NCBI GenBank assembly: GCA_963724295.1
Contig: CAVRUC010000001.1
Span: forward strand, 1-64,000
DNA: 64,000 bases
Source: an uncultured Chloroflexia bacterium
GTDB lineage: Bacteria > Chloroflexota > Chloroflexia > Thermomicrobiales > UBA6265
Direction: 5' to 3'
Both the position numbers and the translations under genes were made by a program. Positions 42,418-52,473 of the stretch are shown piece by piece; position 1 is the stretch's first letter, and every line of letters begins with the position of its first letter. The notes beneath the pieces are model-generated. The model made no database searches, was not told the origin of the DNA, and saw only the letters and a list, made by a program, of their open reading frames with translations.

Positions 42418-43431
42418 TCAGGCCGGCTCACTGTCCAGGATTTCGAAGGAGACATTGATGACGGCGTGGACGGCGACCTCGGCCGGCAGGGACGGATCGA
42501 AAATAGGCAACGACAGGCCGAGCCCACCGTTGGCGGAATCGTAGAAGCTACTTTGCTGGCCGCTGCAGCCTTCTCCCTCTGACGCGGAAGCGAAAAAGGG
42601 GTTGCTGCTGGCGCCGACCACTCCCCCCAGCGTCACACCGAGCAGCGGCGCCAACTGATCCGCCTGATCCCGGGCATCCTCGATTGCGGCCATGGTCGCT
42701 TCTTCTTCGAGCACGGCGCAGTCGGTGGGACGATAGAGCACACCGACGACCTCGACGACCATACCATTGGCCGCGGCCGCGTCTGACGCCGCGATGATCG
42801 CGCTACCCAAGACTTCTGGTGTCGGCGCCGCCACGTCGAAGTCAAGGCGAGCGCTCTTTGGCCGCTCGCCAAAAGGCTCGGTCGCCAGCGGGCTGAACAT
42901 TATTTCCATAGTGTCCGGCGCGATGCCCGCGCTCTTGGCAATGGCGGCGGCGACGGGAGCGAGACGCTCGGCCGTGATCGGCTCCGGAGCGGAGCGTTGA
43001 TTACGGCCGCTTCGACTCTCGCGTGTTGAGACCGCACCTTCCGTACCGGCAGCACTCGTCTCAGGAGTCGCGGGAGGTACACGCTCCGCCTCGGGGGGGC
43101 CGTCTGTCGCCGAGATGGAGCCGGTCGACTCAAAGGCTTCTCCTCCCGAGGCACCCTGGGAAAAGCCGAACTGTCGTCCACTTGTACCGATGAGGATCTG
43201 AACCGTCGCCGTCTCGGCAGGCACGGTCGCCTCACCGGCGCCATAAACGGTCACGCTCGGTGTGGCCGTCGCCATGCCTTGGGCCCGAACCAGGGTCGCG
43301 GCCGAAAACCCAAGAGCGACTTCGAGAACGAAAGTGAGGATGAGCGCTCCAGTCACGATAGCGAGCCATCGCGGCACCCCGCGCCGGACGGTTCGTCGTG
43401 AGAAATCTCGCGAACGGTGTGCCCGTCTCAT
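42418..43431 (-). CDS. SIMPL (DUF541) domain protein
   Basis: VTVYG-x-GE and AIEDAR..A..LA..LGVTLG motifs; signal/TM segment. Confidence 0.8.
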   Translation of the reverse strand: MRRAHRSRDFSRRTVRRGVPRWLAIVTGALILTFVLEVALGFSAATLVRAQGMATATPSVTVYGAGEATVPAETATVQILIGTSGRQFGFSQGASGGEAFESTGSISATDGPPEAERVPPATPETSAAGTEGAVSTRESRSGRNQRSAPEPITAERLAPVAAAIAKSAGIAPDTMEIMFSPLATEPFGERPKSARLDFDVAAPTPEVLGSAIIAASDAAAANGMVVEVVGVLYRPTDCAVLEEEATMAAIEDARDQADQLAPLLGVTLGGVVGASSNPFFASASEGEGCSGQQSSFYDSANGGLGLSLPIFDPSLPAEVAVHAVINVSFEILDSEPA

Positions 43432-43510
43432 TGCCTTCTCCCTCTACGACGACATACACGAGATTTTTCGCCTTCGCGCTCAGAATGAACACTTACAGGC
43501 GTGGCTGCAC

Positions 43511-44464
43511 TCACGCGGGCGGCAACACGTGAACCGACACCTTGCGCACTTCCAGCTCCACGCCCTGCGCCCAGAGCCCGGCTTGCGTGTCTGGTGCATT
43601 GGGGTCGATTGGCGCCTCCAGCGTTCCGGTAACGACGTCGGCGCCGTCGACGAGGAGCCGCAGCTCGTCGCCGCGCAGTTCGAACCGATACGTATGCCAA
43701 TCATCTCCCGGGTCGAACGTCTCCTCCGCCAGCACGGGATCGGCGTTGTACCCGTCTTCCCAGACGGAGACGTCGGTCAAGCGGGCTCGCGCCGTATCCG
43801 AGGCGCACGGAAAGATCAGCCCACCCCCGAATACCTGATTGACGCCCGGAGATCCGGCGGTGAGACCAAACGATTGATCGCAGACGGCGTCGAGGACCCC
43901 GTTGACCCGAATCTCGGCCTCCACCGCGAAGGCGGTACTCGGCACCGCCGAGATCACGAGCCACGGTTCCGCGACGGCACTGCTGCCCGGATTCACGAGG
44001 GCGTCGGCGGAGGCAGTCCACGAACCGGAGGCGAGGGGCTCGAGATCGTTCAGGCCGGGAGCTTCGAAGACGAAACCGTCACCAGCGTCACCGGCGTCAC
44101 TGGCGTCACCGGCGGGCGTCGTTTCCGACTCGATGGTTATCGCCGGCGGCTCCGGTGTGGCGGCGACCGTAGGAGCGGGTTCGGCGGCCTCCTCGGCGGG
44201 GGCTACCGTCGTCGCGGTCGGCGCTTCGGCGGGAGCTGCCGCGGCGGGCGTCGGCGTATTTTGAATGAAGGTGAGCGCGCGCGGGGTCGGCGTCGACTGG
44301 CTCTGAACCGCCAACACCGGCGCCTGCGATGGGGACCGCCCAAAGAGCCAGACGAGACCGACGGCGGCGATGAGCAGCAGCGTTACTCCGGCGGCGGCGG
44401 CGCCTGCCAGGGCAAGGTCGCGCCACCCCCGGTGTCGCCGGTCGAACTCATATTGGCGTGACAT
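43511..44464 (-). CDS. Membrane-anchored protein with Pro/Ala/Thr linker and ConA/DUF1080-like domain
   Basis: N-terminal TM; WHTYRFELRGDELRLLVDG. Confidence 0.7.
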   Translation of the reverse strand: MSRQYEFDRRHRGWRDLALAGAAAAGVTLLLIAAVGLVWLFGRSPSQAPVLAVQSQSTPTPRALTFIQNTPTPAAAAPAEAPTATTVAPAEEAAEPAPTVAATPEPPAITIESETTPAGDASDAGDAGDGFVFEAPGLNDLEPLASGSWTASADALVNPGSSAVAEPWLVISAVPSTAFAVEAEIRVNGVLDAVCDQSFGLTAGSPGVNQVFGGGLIFPCASDTARARLTDVSVWEDGYNADPVLAEETFDPGDDWHTYRFELRGDELRLLVDGADVVTGTLEAPIDPNAPDTQAGLWAQGVELEVRKVSVHVLPPA

Positions 44465-44636
44465 GATAACCCGCCGATCGACTTCCCGTTCAACCGAAGG
44501 TGTGACGGAGCGTACCCCTTGCCGGCGGCGATGACAATGACCGCGGAGTCCGGTGGGAATGACCCTGTGCTAGGCTAGGATTTCGCGTGAATCGAGTAAG
44601 TTGAACGTGCATGTGCACTTGTAGGGCAACTGGTTG

Positions 44637-45473
44637 ATGATCCCCAGCGAAGACATTCCGGCCCCCCCCAAAGCACTGACCATCGCGGGCTCCGATTCAG
44701 GAGGCGGCGCCGGTATCCAGGCCGACCTCAAGACCTTTGCCGCGTTCGGAGTCTATGGCTCGTCGGCGGTGACGGCCGTGACCGCTCAGAACACGCGTGG
44801 GGTCTTCGCCGTGGCCGAAGTCCCGGAAGAGGTCATCGCCCTTCAGATCGACGTCGTGCTCGAGGACATCGGCGCCGCCGCGGCCAAGACCGGGATGCTC
44901 TCCAGCGCGTCGATCGTGGAAACGGTCGCCAGTCGCCTCGAAGCCTGGGGCGTCGAGATGCTGGTAGTCGATCCGGTGATGGTCGCCAAAGGCGGACACC
45001 CCCTATTGCAGCAGAGCGCCGTCACCGCCGTGAAACAGCATCTGCTGCCGCTGGCGCTGGTCGTAACACCGAATATTCCGGAAGCCGAGGTGCTGTCAGG
45101 CATCACGGTCGACTCACCCGATACTGCCAAAGAGGCTGCGCGGGCGATAGCCGCGCTCGGCCCGCGCTGGGTGGTGATCAAGGGCGGTCACCTGGCCGGC
45201 GACGCGACCGACCTGGTCTACGACGGCGAGAACTTTGCCGAGTTCCGGGCCGAGCGGATCGACACTCCGAACACCCACGGCACCGGCTGCTCGTTCTCAG
45301 CCGCCATCGCGGCCTTGCTCGCTCGCGGGCTGCCGCCTCTGGAGGCGATCGAGGCGGCCAAGATCTGGTTGACCGCGGCGATTCGGGAGAGCTACGCCAT
45401 CGGCGACGGACATTCGCCGGTCAACCATTTCCACGCGGTCGACCTGGCTCCGCTCACCAGCCGGCGCGCCTGA
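44637..45473 (+). CDS. thiD: Hydroxymethylpyrimidine/phosphomethylpyrimidine kinase
   Basis: [32 protein letters not shown]. Confidence 0.96.
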   Translation: MIPSEDIPAPPKALTIAGSDSGGGAGIQADLKTFAAFGVYGSSAVTAVTAQNTRGVFAVAEVPEEVIALQIDVVLEDIGAAAAKTGMLSSASIVETVASRLEAWGVEMLVVDPVMVAKGGHPLLQQSAVTAVKQHLLPLALVVTPNIPEAEVLSGITVDSPDTAKEAARAIAALGPRWVVIKGGHLAGDATDLVYDGENFAEFRAERIDTPNTHGTGCSFSAAIAALLARGLPPLEAIEAAKIWLTAAIRESYAIGDGHSPVNHFHAVDLAPLTSRRA

Positions 45474-45482
45474 GGGGCGCCG

Positions 45483-46148
45483 GTGCCGAGGGAAAGGATC
45501 GAGCGTACGGAGCTACGCGACCGGCTCGCGGTCTACTTCGTCGCCGATCCCGAGCAAACCGATCGCGACTTCCTGGCGATGGTCGACGACGCCTTGGCCG
45601 GGGGGGTCACCTCTCTGCAGCTCCGTGCCAAGCGCATGTCGGGCCGGGAGATGTACGAGCTGGCTGTCATCCTTCGCGAGCGCTGCCGCTCCGTGGGGAC
45701 GCTGTTCTTCGTCAATGACCGTGTCGACATCGCGGTCGCGGCGGACGCGGACGGCGTTCACGTCGGGATGCATGACCTGCCCTTGGACGCCACCCGGCGT
45801 CTGGTTGGCCGCACCATGATCGTCGGCTTCTCACCGCTGGCGATGGCGGATGTCGTCACCGCCAGGAGTGGCGGCGCCGACTATGTCGGACTTGGCCCGG
45901 TGTTCGGGACGGCCTCGAAAGCCGATGCCCAACCGGAGCTAGGCCTCGTCGCGCTGGCGGAGCAGGCGGCGGCCGCGGGTTTGCCGTCGGTAGGCATCGG
46001 CGGCATTGGCGTCGCGAATGCCGGTGCGGTGATTCGTGCCGGGGTGGACGGCGTCGCGGTGATCAGTGCGATCCAGGGCGCGCCGGATGTAAAACAGGCC
46101 GCCGAGTCGCTTGCGCTCGCCGTCAACCTGGCCAGGATCGAGCGGTGA
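45483..46148 (+). CDS. thiE: Thiamine phosphate synthase
   Basis: QLRAK, NDRVD, GVHVG, IGGI, AVISAI. Confidence 0.95.
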   Translation: MPRERIERTELRDRLAVYFVADPEQTDRDFLAMVDDALAGGVTSLQLRAKRMSGREMYELAVILRERCRSVGTLFFVNDRVDIAVAADADGVHVGMHDLPLDATRRLVGRTMIVGFSPLAMADVVTARSGGADYVGLGPVFGTASKADAQPELGLVALAEQAAAAGLPSVGIGGIGVANAGAVIRAGVDGVAVISAIQGAPDVKQAAESLALAVNLARIER

Positions 46149-46151
46149 GCG

Positions 46152-46263
46152 TGTCATTCCGAGTCCGGCGGCAATGTGTCATTCCGAGCCCGCAGGCGAG
46201 GAACCTCGGTACGCACAAGCCACCGTGCCATGGGGCCGAGATGCTTCATTCCTAAGCATGACA
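46152..46263. repeat. TGTCATTCCGAG..GCATGACA palindromic element
   Basis: TGTCATTCCGAG at 46152 and 46177; terminal inverted ATGACA; inner CTCGG/CCGAG. Confidence 0.7.
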
Positions 46264-46266
46264 CGC

Positions 46267-46674
46267 CTACGGCGACCTTGGGTCGAAGTCCTCTTCATCG
46301 GGCAACCAGAGGCAGGCGGCAAGATCGACCCGGTGCATGTCAAGAAACGGCACGCCTTCATCGCGCAGCAGTGCGGCCATGACGTCGGGGTGACCCCAGT
46401 GCCAGCCGCCACTCAAGAACCCGTTGCGATCGACGACCCGGTGACAGGGCAGCGCATCCTCATCAAGGGCGAGGCTCAGCGCCCAGCCAACTGAGCGCGC
46501 CGCGCGGGGCGTGCCAAGGGCGCGCGCGATCGATCCGTAGGTGGTGACGCGTCCGCGCGGAATGCGGGACACCATGAGGAAGACACGGTCGAAGAACGTC
46601 GGCCCGCCGGACCCAGGCTCCTGGCCGTCTCCGCCTTGTCCGGTGGCATGAAACGCGCTTTGGGTCTCCGGCAT
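46267..46674 (-). CDS. MGMT/ATL-family alkylguanine-binding protein
   Basis: IPRGRVTTYG, ARSVG, PCHRVV, EGV; extended -10 TGCTACCAT ends 6 nt before the ATG. Confidence 0.88.
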   Translation of the reverse strand: MPETQSAFHATGQGGDGQEPGSGGPTFFDRVFLMVSRIPRGRVTTYGSIARALGTPRAARSVGWALSLALDEDALPCHRVVDRNGFLSGGWHWGHPDVMAALLRDEGVPFLDMHRVDLAACLWLPDEEDFDPRSP

Positions 46675-46721
46675 GACCCGATGGTAGCATCGACCCTGGT
46701 AGGACTTGGAGACGATACTCG

Positions 46722-47381
46722 ATGGATTCAGTATGTGTTTTTTGTGGCTCTCGCGATGGGAACGACCCGGCGTACGTCGCGGCCGCGCAGGCGACGGGTC
46801 GGGCTATTGCGCGGCGCGGGTGGAAGCTCGTCTACGGTGGAGGTCACGTTGGACTGATGGGGGCTCTGGCTGACGCCGCGCTCGCCGAAGATGGAGAAGT
46901 CATCGGGGTGATGCCGCGTGCGCTGTTGACCCGCGAGATCGCCCACCCGGAGATCACCAGGATCCATCTCGTCACGAGCATGCACCGTCGCAAGGCATTG
47001 ATGTCGAGTCTCGCGGATGGATTTCTCACGCTCCCGGGAGGCTACGGCACGCTGGAGGAGTTCTTCGAGACGCTGACCTGGGCGCAGCTCGGCCTCCATA
47101 CCAAGCCGTGCGCCGTGCTCGACGTCGACGGTTTCTGGGACGGTCTGCTAGCCCTGGTCGATACTCAGATCCGTGAAGGATTCGCGCGGGACGAGCACCG
47201 TCAGCTCATCCTGAATGGCGAAGACCCGGACGAGCTTCTCGATCGCATGGCGGCGTACATCCCGCCGGGGTCGATCGATCCCGTGCCTGACCTCCCGTTT
47301 GACGGACCGCCAGTCCATCGCGATCTCGAGCCCGCGGCGACGCTTGATGGAAACCACTCCGTGAAGCGAGCACGCAGCTGA
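46722..47381 (-). CDS. LOG-family (TIGR00730) nucleotide monophosphate nucleosidase
   Basis: CVFCGS, YGGG-x-VGLMG, PGGYGTLEE. Confidence 0.92.
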
Positions 47382-47384
47382 CGA

Positions 47385-47490
47385 GAGTCGGAGTCGGCAA
47401 GACGGTAAGAACGAGCATCGACGGCGACAGTCGGCAAGTCGAACCGATCGCCGACAGCCGGCCGACGATCCGACGTCCGACCTCCGACTC
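47385..47490. repeat. GTCGG/CCGAC-armed intergenic palindrome
   Basis: GAGTCGGAGTCGG pairs with CCGACCTCCGACTC; CCGAC at 47462, 47470, 47477 and 47484. Confidence 0.6.
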
Positions 47491-47582
47491 GTCCCCGGAA
47501 CCTCAATAGGCGACCACTCGTATACTCTGCGGAGTATTCGGAATCTGCCCTCAGACAATCGGGCGACCATCGAGGCCAACCC

Positions 47583-50174
47583 ATGCGGAAAATACTGACC
47601 AAACTCTTCGGTGACCCGAATGAGGCGCCGCTCAAGCCGTATCAGAAAGTCGTCGCGCAGGTCAACGCGCTCGAGCCCCAGATGGAAGCGCTTTCCGACC
47701 TGGAGCTGCGCGAGCTGACGAACGGGCTGCGCGATCGCCTGGAAGAGGGCGAGACCCTGGAGGATCTGCTGCCGGAGTCGTTCGCGGCGACCCGGGAGGC
47801 GGGTCGCCGCACCCTGGGTCAGCGACATTTCGACGTCCAGCTACTCGGCGGCGCGGTCCTCCACTCCGGCAAGATCGCGGAGATGCGCACCGGCGAGGGC
47901 AAAACGCTGACCGCCACTCTCGCCGTAGCGCTGAACGCCTTGAACGGTCGCGGCGTTCACGTCGTGACCGTCAATGACTACCTCGCCAAACGCGATACCC
48001 AGTGGATGGGTCAGGTCTATGACGCGCTCGGTCTGTCGGTCGCCTGTATCCAGCATGAGTCGGCGTTCATCTACGACGCCGACTGGGTCTCCGAGGACGA
48101 GCGTCTTGCGCGCCTGCGCCCGATTTCGCGGCGAGAAGCGTACGAGGCCGATATCACCTACGGCACGAACAACGAGTTTGGCTTCGACTACCTGCGTGAC
48201 AACATGGTGCCGACGCTCGACCGCATGGTGCAGCGCGACCTGGCGTACGCTATCGTCGACGAGGTCGACAACATCCTGATCGACGAGGCGCGTACCCCGC
48301 TCATCATCTCCGGTCAGGCCGAGCAGGCGACCGACCGCTACTACCAATTCGCCCAGATCGTGAAGCAGCTGCGTGAGGGACGGGACTACGAGGTCGACCA
48401 CAAGCACAAGTCGGTGGCCCTGAGTGAGCCCGGCATCGACCGCGTCGAGGAGCTGCTCGAGCTTCAGCCTGGCGAAAGCATCTATGACGAGCGGTACATC
48501 GAGCTGACCCACTACCTCGAACAAGCGCTCAAGGCGCACGCTACGTTCCAGCGCGACAAGGATTACATCGTCCGCGACGGCGAGGTGATCATCGTCGACG
48601 AGTTCACCGGGCGCATGATGATGGGTCGCCGCTATTCCGAGGGGCTCCACCAGGCCATCGAAGCGAAAGAAGGGGTCCGCGTCCGGCGTCAGAACGTCAC
48701 CCTGGCGACGATCACCTTCCAGAACTACTTCCGAATGTACGACAAGCTCGCCGGTATGACCGGCACCGCCAAGACCGAGGCGGAGGAGTTCCGGCGCATC
48801 TACTTCCTCGACGTCGTCGTCATTCCGACGAATCAGCCGATGGTTCGCGAAGATCTCGGCGACCTGGTCTTCAAGAACGAGCGTGGCAAGTTCCGCGCGG
48901 CTATCGACGACATCAAGGAGAAGCGAGCGGCCGGACGCCCGGTGCTGGTCGGTACGGCTTCGATCGAAGCCTCCGAGCGATTGTCCGAGCAGCTCATGCG
49001 CGAGGGCGTACCGCACCAGGTACTGAACGCGAAGCAACATGAGCGGGAGGCGGCGATCATCGCCCAGGCCGGTCAGCCACAGGCGGTAACCATTGCCACC
49101 AACATGGCGGGTCGCGGCACCGACATCGTGCTCGGCCCGGGTGTACGCGAGGCGGGCGGACTCCACATCCTTGGCACCGAGCGTCACGAGGCACGCCGTA
49201 TTGACAATCAGCTCCGCGGTCGCGCCGGCCGCCAGGGAGATCCGGGGTCGTCGCAGTTCTACGTCTCGCTCGAGGATGAGCTGATGCGCCGCTTCGGATC
49301 CGAGCGGATATCCGGGCTCATGGACCGGCTCGGCATGGAAGAGGACGTGCCGATCGAGCACGGCGTGATCTCCAAGTCGATCGAGAATGCCCAGATCAAG
49401 GTCGAAGGTCACAACTTCGATCTGCGCAAGCACGTCGTCCAGTACGACGACATCATGAACAAGCATCGCGAGGTGATCTACGCCGACCGTCATCAGCTGG
49501 TGATGGGTGAGGACATCCAGGACCGGGTCTGGGAGATGGTCGAGCGTGAGATCGAGAAGATCGTCGACGCCAACATCGGCGATGGCCGCGATCTGGAGCG
49601 CTTCGACGAACAGATTCTCGAGGCGTACAGCGGACTCGTGCCGATGACGACGGTCACGCTGGAGGAGATCGCGGGCCTCGACAAAGACGATCTGGTCGAC
49701 ATGCTGATCGCGGACGCCGAAAAGGGCTACGACGAAGTCGAAACGCGGTTCACCCCGGAAGTGATGCGCAAGGTCGAGCGGCACGTGATGCTGACGATCA
49801 TCGACAAGCTGTGGGTCGAGCATCTCACGGCGATGGATGAGCTGCGCGAGGGTGTCGGTCTCCAAGCCTACGCCCAGAAGGATCCCCTGGTCGTCTACAA
49901 GACGCAGGGGTACGAGTACTTCCAGCAGCTCCTGGCCAATATCCAGCACGACGTGGTGCACACGATCTTCCGGGTGCAGCCGGTCATCGCCCAGCAACCG
50001 GTGCGAACCCGGGTCACCGATGAATCAGACAAGAGTCACGGCGCTGGAGACGGCGACGGAAATGGCGCTGTGCCGCGCAAGTCGCGCAAGGTCGGCGTCA
50101 ACGACCCCTGCCCGTGCGGTAGCGGCAAGAAATACAAGCACTGCCACGGCGCAAAGACGAAGGTGTTGGGGTAA
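47583..50174 (+). CDS. secA: Preprotein translocase subunit SecA
   Basis: MRTGEGKT, DEVD, QLRGRAGRQGDPG, C-terminal SEC-C CPCGSGKKYKHC. Confidence 0.99.
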   Translation: MRKILTKLFGDPNEAPLKPYQKVVAQVNALEPQMEALSDLELRELTNGLRDRLEEGETLEDLLPESFAATREAGRRTLGQRHFDVQLLGGAVLHSGKIAEMRTGEGKTLTATLAVALNALNGRGVHVVTVNDYLAKRDTQWMGQVYDALGLSVACIQHESAFIYDADWVSEDERLARLRPISRREAYEADITYGTNNEFGFDYLRDNMVPTLDRMVQRDLAYAIVDEVDNILIDEARTPLIISGQAEQATDRYYQFAQIVKQLREGRDYEVDHKHKSVALSEPGIDRVEELLELQPGESIYDERYIELTHYLEQALKAHATFQRDKDYIVRDGEVIIVDEFTGRMMMGRRYSEGLHQAIEAKEGVRVRRQNVTLATITFQNYFRMYDKLAGMTGTAKTEAEEFRRIYFLDVVVIPTNQPMVREDLGDLVFKNERGKFRAAIDDIKEKRAAGRPVLVGTASIEASERLSEQLMREGVPHQVLNAKQHEREAAIIAQAGQPQAVTIATNMAGRGTDIVLGPGVREAGGLHILGTERHEARRIDNQLRGRAGRQGDPGSSQFYVSLEDELMRRFGSERISGLMDRLGMEEDVPIEHGVISKSIENAQIKVEGHNFDLRKHVVQYDDIMNKHREVIYADRHQLVMGEDIQDRVWEMVEREIEKIVDANIGDGRDLERFDEQILEAYSGLVPMTTVTLEEIAGLDKDDLVDMLIADAEKGYDEVETRFTPEVMRKVERHVMLTIIDKLWVEHLTAMDELREGVGLQAYAQKDPLVVYKTQGYEYFQQLLANIQHDVVHTIFRVQPVIAQQPVRTRVTDESDKSHGAGDGDGNGAVPRKSRKVGVNDPCPCGSGKKYKHCHGAKTKVLG

Positions 50175-50176
50175 AT

Positions 50177-50312
50177 GCTCCCTGCGGTCGCGGTGATAGG
50201 GTGATTACTCGCCGCGCTCGTGGTGATAGGGTGATCGGAAACGAAAGTTCGTTCTCCCTATCACCCTATGACCCCATCACCCCATCACCCGACACCCATC
50301 ACCCATCACCCC
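50177..50312. repeat. GGGTGAT-armed palindromic repeat, copy 3 (inverted)
   Basis: Core GGGTGATTACTCGCCGCGCTCGTGGT at 50199-50224; CCCATCA tandem arm. Confidence 0.8.
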
Positions 50313-51078
50313 TCAGCACTTCCAGCGACCGTTCGATCGCGGCAATCGTACGGTCGTAGGCAATCACCAGGGCGAGCATCGCATCGATTCGGGTGGTGAG
50401 GTCGAGGATCGTGTCGACGTCGCGGGGTCGCTCACGGGCGGCGACTAGCGCGTCCCGCAGCTCGGCCACGTCGTCGGCCGCCATTGCACCCGGCGGATTC
50501 ACCGCGACTTCGAGGTCGGAGATGACCCCGCTGAGATCGACGGCGCTGGACGGCCCAATCTCCGAGATGGTTTGCCGCAACTCGTCGAGCAGGCGCATGG
50601 CCCGAGCCACCGCGTCCGCGGTGTCAGCCTGCTCATCGGTGACAGCGTCGGCGGAGTCGACGGACAGAGTTACGGTCTCCTCATTGACCAGAGGCTCAGA
50701 TTCGCCGGGTGGTTCATCCGCGACCGCAACCGGTGGCCGCCCGGGCCAGGAGTCAGCCGCGCCGGCTGTCCAGGATTCCGATGCGGAATCGACCTCGATC
50801 GTTTCATCGGGTTCAGCGGATGCGGCCGCCGGCCCATGCGACGGCTCTTCCCAACCGCTGTGGACCGTCTCTGCCGGCGGGGGAGGCGTGGGCCAGCCGT
50901 CAGTCATGGCGCCGGGGAAAAGTCCTGGCTCCTCATCGGTAGTGGAGCCGGTCGTGTCGGTGTGTTCGTGGACTGGCTCACCGTCGCTCGCGTCGCCGGG
51001 GAATCGAAAGCCGCACGTCGTGCAGAATTTCGCACCTGGCCTGGCAGGCGTACCGCAATTGGGACAGTGCTCCATCAT
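50299..51078 (-). CDS. Zinc-ribbon domain protein
   Basis: CPNCG..FCTTCG; acidic linker; helical C-terminus. Confidence 0.8.
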   Translation of the reverse strand: MMEHCPNCGTPARPGAKFCTTCGFRFPGDASDGEPVHEHTDTTGSTTDEEPGLFPGAMTDGWPTPPPPAETVHSGWEEPSHGPAAASAEPDETIEVDSASESWTAGAADSWPGRPPVAVADEPPGESEPLVNEETVTLSVDSADAVTDEQADTADAVARAMRLLDELRQTISEIGPSSAVDLSGVISDLEVAVNPPGAMAADDVAELRDALVAARERPRDVDTILDLTTRIDAMLALVIAYDRTIAAIERSLEVLRGDG

Positions 51079-51291
51079 ACCCTTCCATGATCCCGATCAT
51101 GCCCATGCGGCCGCTGGGGGTCGCGCGTTTGCGCCGCATGGTACATCGCGGTCTGCCAACCGAGATCATGCGGATGCCGCGATCAGGCTGGCCGGCACGC
51201 TTCGGCGCTGCGACAATCTCGGTCTGATGGAGCCGAGCCAGAGCGAGTCCGGCGTTGCGATGAGACTGCCGGCGAGAAGGAGCACCCAGGA

Positions 51292-52084
51292 GTGAGCGAC
51301 CTGCTAACAGAGAAAACACCAATCAGGGCGCGTCACATACGCCCTGGGCAGGGGCAGGCGGTCGAGCTGAAGACCGGCCAGCTCCTGCAAATACAGACGC
51401 TGCAGGGAAAGCAGGTTGCCGACTTCGTGGCCTTCACGCAGGGCGACACCGAGGAATTCCTCTCGACCTCCGTGACCCGGGCGAGCAACAGCAATATCAT
51501 CCCGCAGCGCGGCATGACGCTCTTCTCGAACCGCCGCCAACCGATGTTCGAGATCGTCGAAGACACCGTCGGACGTCACGATATGCTCTATGCCTGCTGC
51601 GACCCAATCCGCTATGAGACGCTCGGCGCGCCCGGGCATGCGAACTGTCGCGAGGCGCTAGCCGAGTCCCTGGCAGGGTACGGCATCGAGCTATGACCGC
51701 ATTCCCTCACCGATCAACTGGTTCATGAATGTCGCGATCCTGGCCCGGGGCGAGCTCGAGATTCGGGAGCCTCTGGCGGAGAAAAATGATTACGTCGTCT
51801 TGCGCGCGCTCAAGGATGTCATCGCCGGCGTATCGGCCTGCCCTCAGGATCTCGTTCCGACGAATGGTTCCAATCCGACCGATCTCGCCATCCGCGTCTA
51901 TCGCGATGCGCCACTGCCACCCCCGCCGGTGATGGAACCTGCGCCAGCGCCGGCCGAGGACACGGCAGCGGCAACAGCCCCGATAACGGCGACGAGGCTC
52001 ACTCCACGACCCGCCATCCTGCAAAGCACTGCCGAAGCGACCGTCTCTCGTATCGGTCGTGTGGACTCCGGGGAGCAGAGCTGA
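51292..52084 (+). CDS. Urea-carboxylase-associated (DUF1989) protein, frameshifted at ~51691
   Basis: QVADF, HDML..CD, HANC, NWFMNV and SACPQD motifs split over two frames. Confidence 0.85.
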
Positions 52085-52297
52085 TCGCGCCATCACACGG
52101 CGAAGCGCCGGCAACCGCGGGCGCGGTTAGCGGCGCTTCGCACTGAGGGCGAGCGGTGTTCGGCAGGCTATCGCGCCCGGCCGTGACCCGGTTCGCGGCG
52201 GTACGCTCGTGCAGCGTGCCGGCACGCGTGAACCTCGGCGGCGTCACGTTGAAGCGTGACTGCCGATCCGCCGCCCGCGACGCGGTTACCGGCGCGA

Positions 52298-52468
52298 GCC
52301 GACGTTCGCCCGCTGTGCTCAAGAGCCAGCCGGACGAGTTCCCGGGTGAACGTCCCCCACGGGGTCGAGAGGAGAGCCGCAGGCAGGGATGCGAGGCGGA
52401 TTCCGGTCCCTGCCCCCATGGTCTGGGCCGCCACACCTCAGTACGTACACCCTAGCGGACTGGACGGC
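52298..52468 (+). ncRNA. Candidate 6S/Ms1-like structured RNA
   Basis: Ends pair (GCCG/CGGC, CCGCT/AGCGG, GTGC/GTAC); central bubble; CCGGAC/GTCTGG inner stem; lies between convergent genes. Confidence 0.45.
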
Positions 52469-52473
52469 CGTCG

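Noticed and set aside
44465..44636. TPP riboswitch upstream of thiD-thiE
   Set aside because: No CTGAGA or other TPP aptamer motif found by eye.
47841..49997. 718-aa antisense ORF inside secA, and similar long shadow ORFs
   Set aside because: Expected from high-GC codon bias opposite real genes; no motifs or RBS.
51090..51291. Guanidine riboswitch upstream of the DUF1989 gene
   Set aside because: No ykkC, mini-ykkC or ykkC-III consensus visible.
51694..51696. TGA in the DUF1989 gene as selenocysteine
   Set aside because: Homology continues in a different frame, so this is a frameshift rather than read-through.
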